Of a DNA stretch of 56,812 nucleotides, positions 56,066 to 56,812 are shown one piece after another (position 1 is the stretch's first letter; the number at the start of each line of letters is the position of its first letter). The DNA comes from Candidatus Saccharimonadota bacterium (GTDB taxonomy: Bacteria > Patescibacteriota > Saccharimonadia > Saccharimonadales > Saccharimonadaceae). A program made the position numbers and the translations under genes. The stretch is taken from contig JAFWMC010000063.1 of assembly GCA_017510805.1 (NCBI GenBank), positions 1 through 56,812 on the forward strand, in the 5' to 3' direction. The notes beneath the pieces are model-generated. The model ran no database searches, was not told where the DNA came from, and saw only the letters and a program-made list of their open reading frames with translations.

Positions 56066-56812
56066 TTATTCCTTTCCGCCCGCCCGCTTTAATAAAATCT
56101 GCTTTTTTATCACCTCTATTACTGCCAACACATCTTCCACTGTGCTTCCCCGTGATAAGTCCGAGCATGGCGCATTGAATCCTTGTAAAATCGGCCCCGC
56201 TGCCGTAAATCCACCAAACTGTTCCATTGCTTTATAGAGAATATTCCCAGCGTTCAAATCTGGCAAAATCAGCACATTAGCTCTGCCTGCCACCTGCGAG
56301 CCGGGTGCCTTTTTCTCTGCTACGCGTAGATTGACTGCCGCATCTAGTTGCATTTCGCCGTCTATCTGTATCTCTGGCCGCGCCGTCCGCACCCGCTCTA
56401 TCACTGCTCTTGCCTTATCTATTGATGGGTCACTTCCCCCACTTCCAAAGGTAGAAAAGGAAAGCATCGCAATTTTCGGCTCGGTATCCAGCACTGCCTT
56501 CGCTGTTTCGTAGGTCTGCATTGTAATATCATAAAGTTGCCCCTCTGTTGGGTTTTTGCAGGCCGCCGCATCGCCGATGATATAAGTTTTCTTACCCCTA
56601 GTCATCACAAAACTTGCCGAAAATGTCGGCTTGGCCGACTCGTCAGCCACTCTGGCCCCACCACTCTCCTCTACCCCAATTATATCTTTACAAGCCAAAA
56701 TTACATCCCTAGAAGTATAATCTATTCCTGCTATCAATCCTTCAGCCACACCCGAAGCTACCATCGCACAGGCTTCTTCTAGATTATTCGCCGCCATCGC
56801 TTCTATCTCCGG
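56066..56812 (-). CDS. pta: Phosphate acetyltransferase; the 5' end may lie outside the window
   Basis: KIAMLSFST.GS, IDGEMQLDAA, ANVLI.PDL.AGNI.YK, GPILQG...P..DLSRG. The frame is open to the window edge upstream of ATG 56797. Confidence 0.9.
   Translation of the reverse strand, partial: PEIEAMAANNLEEACAMVASGVAEGLIAGIDYTSRDVILACKDIIGVEESGGARVADESAKPTFSASFVMTRGKKTYIIGDAAACKNPTEGQLYDITMQTYETAKAVLDTEPKIAMLSFSTFGSGGSDPSIDKARAVIERVRTARPEIQIDGEMQLDAAVNLRVAEKKAPGSQVAGRANVLILPDLNAGNILYKAMEQFGGFTAAGPILQGFNAPCSDLSRGSTVEDVLAVIEVIKKQILLKRAGGKE

Noticed and set aside
1-56812. Alternative genetic code (UGA=Gly, as in Gracilibacteria/Absconditabacteria)
   Set aside because: Conserved genes are full length under code 11, and several end at TGA with the next gene starting immediately.

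Overview
Chromosomal segment spanning the dnaA/oriC region of a Patescibacteria (CPR) genome, most likely Saccharibacteria. That assignment is inferred from gene content and compact spacing; TGA is used as a stop, so the code is 11. Left part (1-12.2 kb): at least six VirB2/T4SS-pilin-like genes, divergent from a VirB6-like, PrgI, split-VirB4 cluster and a three-domain cell-wall enzyme. Middle (12.2-22 kb): recF-dnaN-dnaA, a bipartite origin with TTTTCCACA-type DnaA boxes, rpmH, two genes inserted before rnpA (a degenerate ABC exporter and a poly-G-frameshifted FISUMP-domain surface protein), then yidC and jag. Right part (22-56.8 kb): a large surface-glycan region with an LCP protein, three GT-C-like membrane proteins, many GT2/GT4 enzymes, Wzm/Wzt, GalE, GlmS, GlmM, a priming transferase, an O-antigen-ligase-like protein and GtrA. 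It also holds two hydrolase-like/RICIN proteins, a SufS-like enzyme, a CxxC protein, a truncated LexA and Pta. Best leads: (1) the T4SS-linked lysozyme + OatA-like SGNH + Cys/His amidase fusion; (2) a G9 tract that puts a surface protein out of frame; (3) a ~130-bp palindromic element translated in frame inside a gene; (4) no strand-skew reversal across the apparent oriC; (5) a palindrome at identical spacing in two promoters; (6) pervasive leaderless promoter architecture. All family calls come from motif recognition by eye, and no database search was run. No rRNA, tRNA, CRISPR array, transposase, integrase, relaxase or reverse transcriptase was seen.
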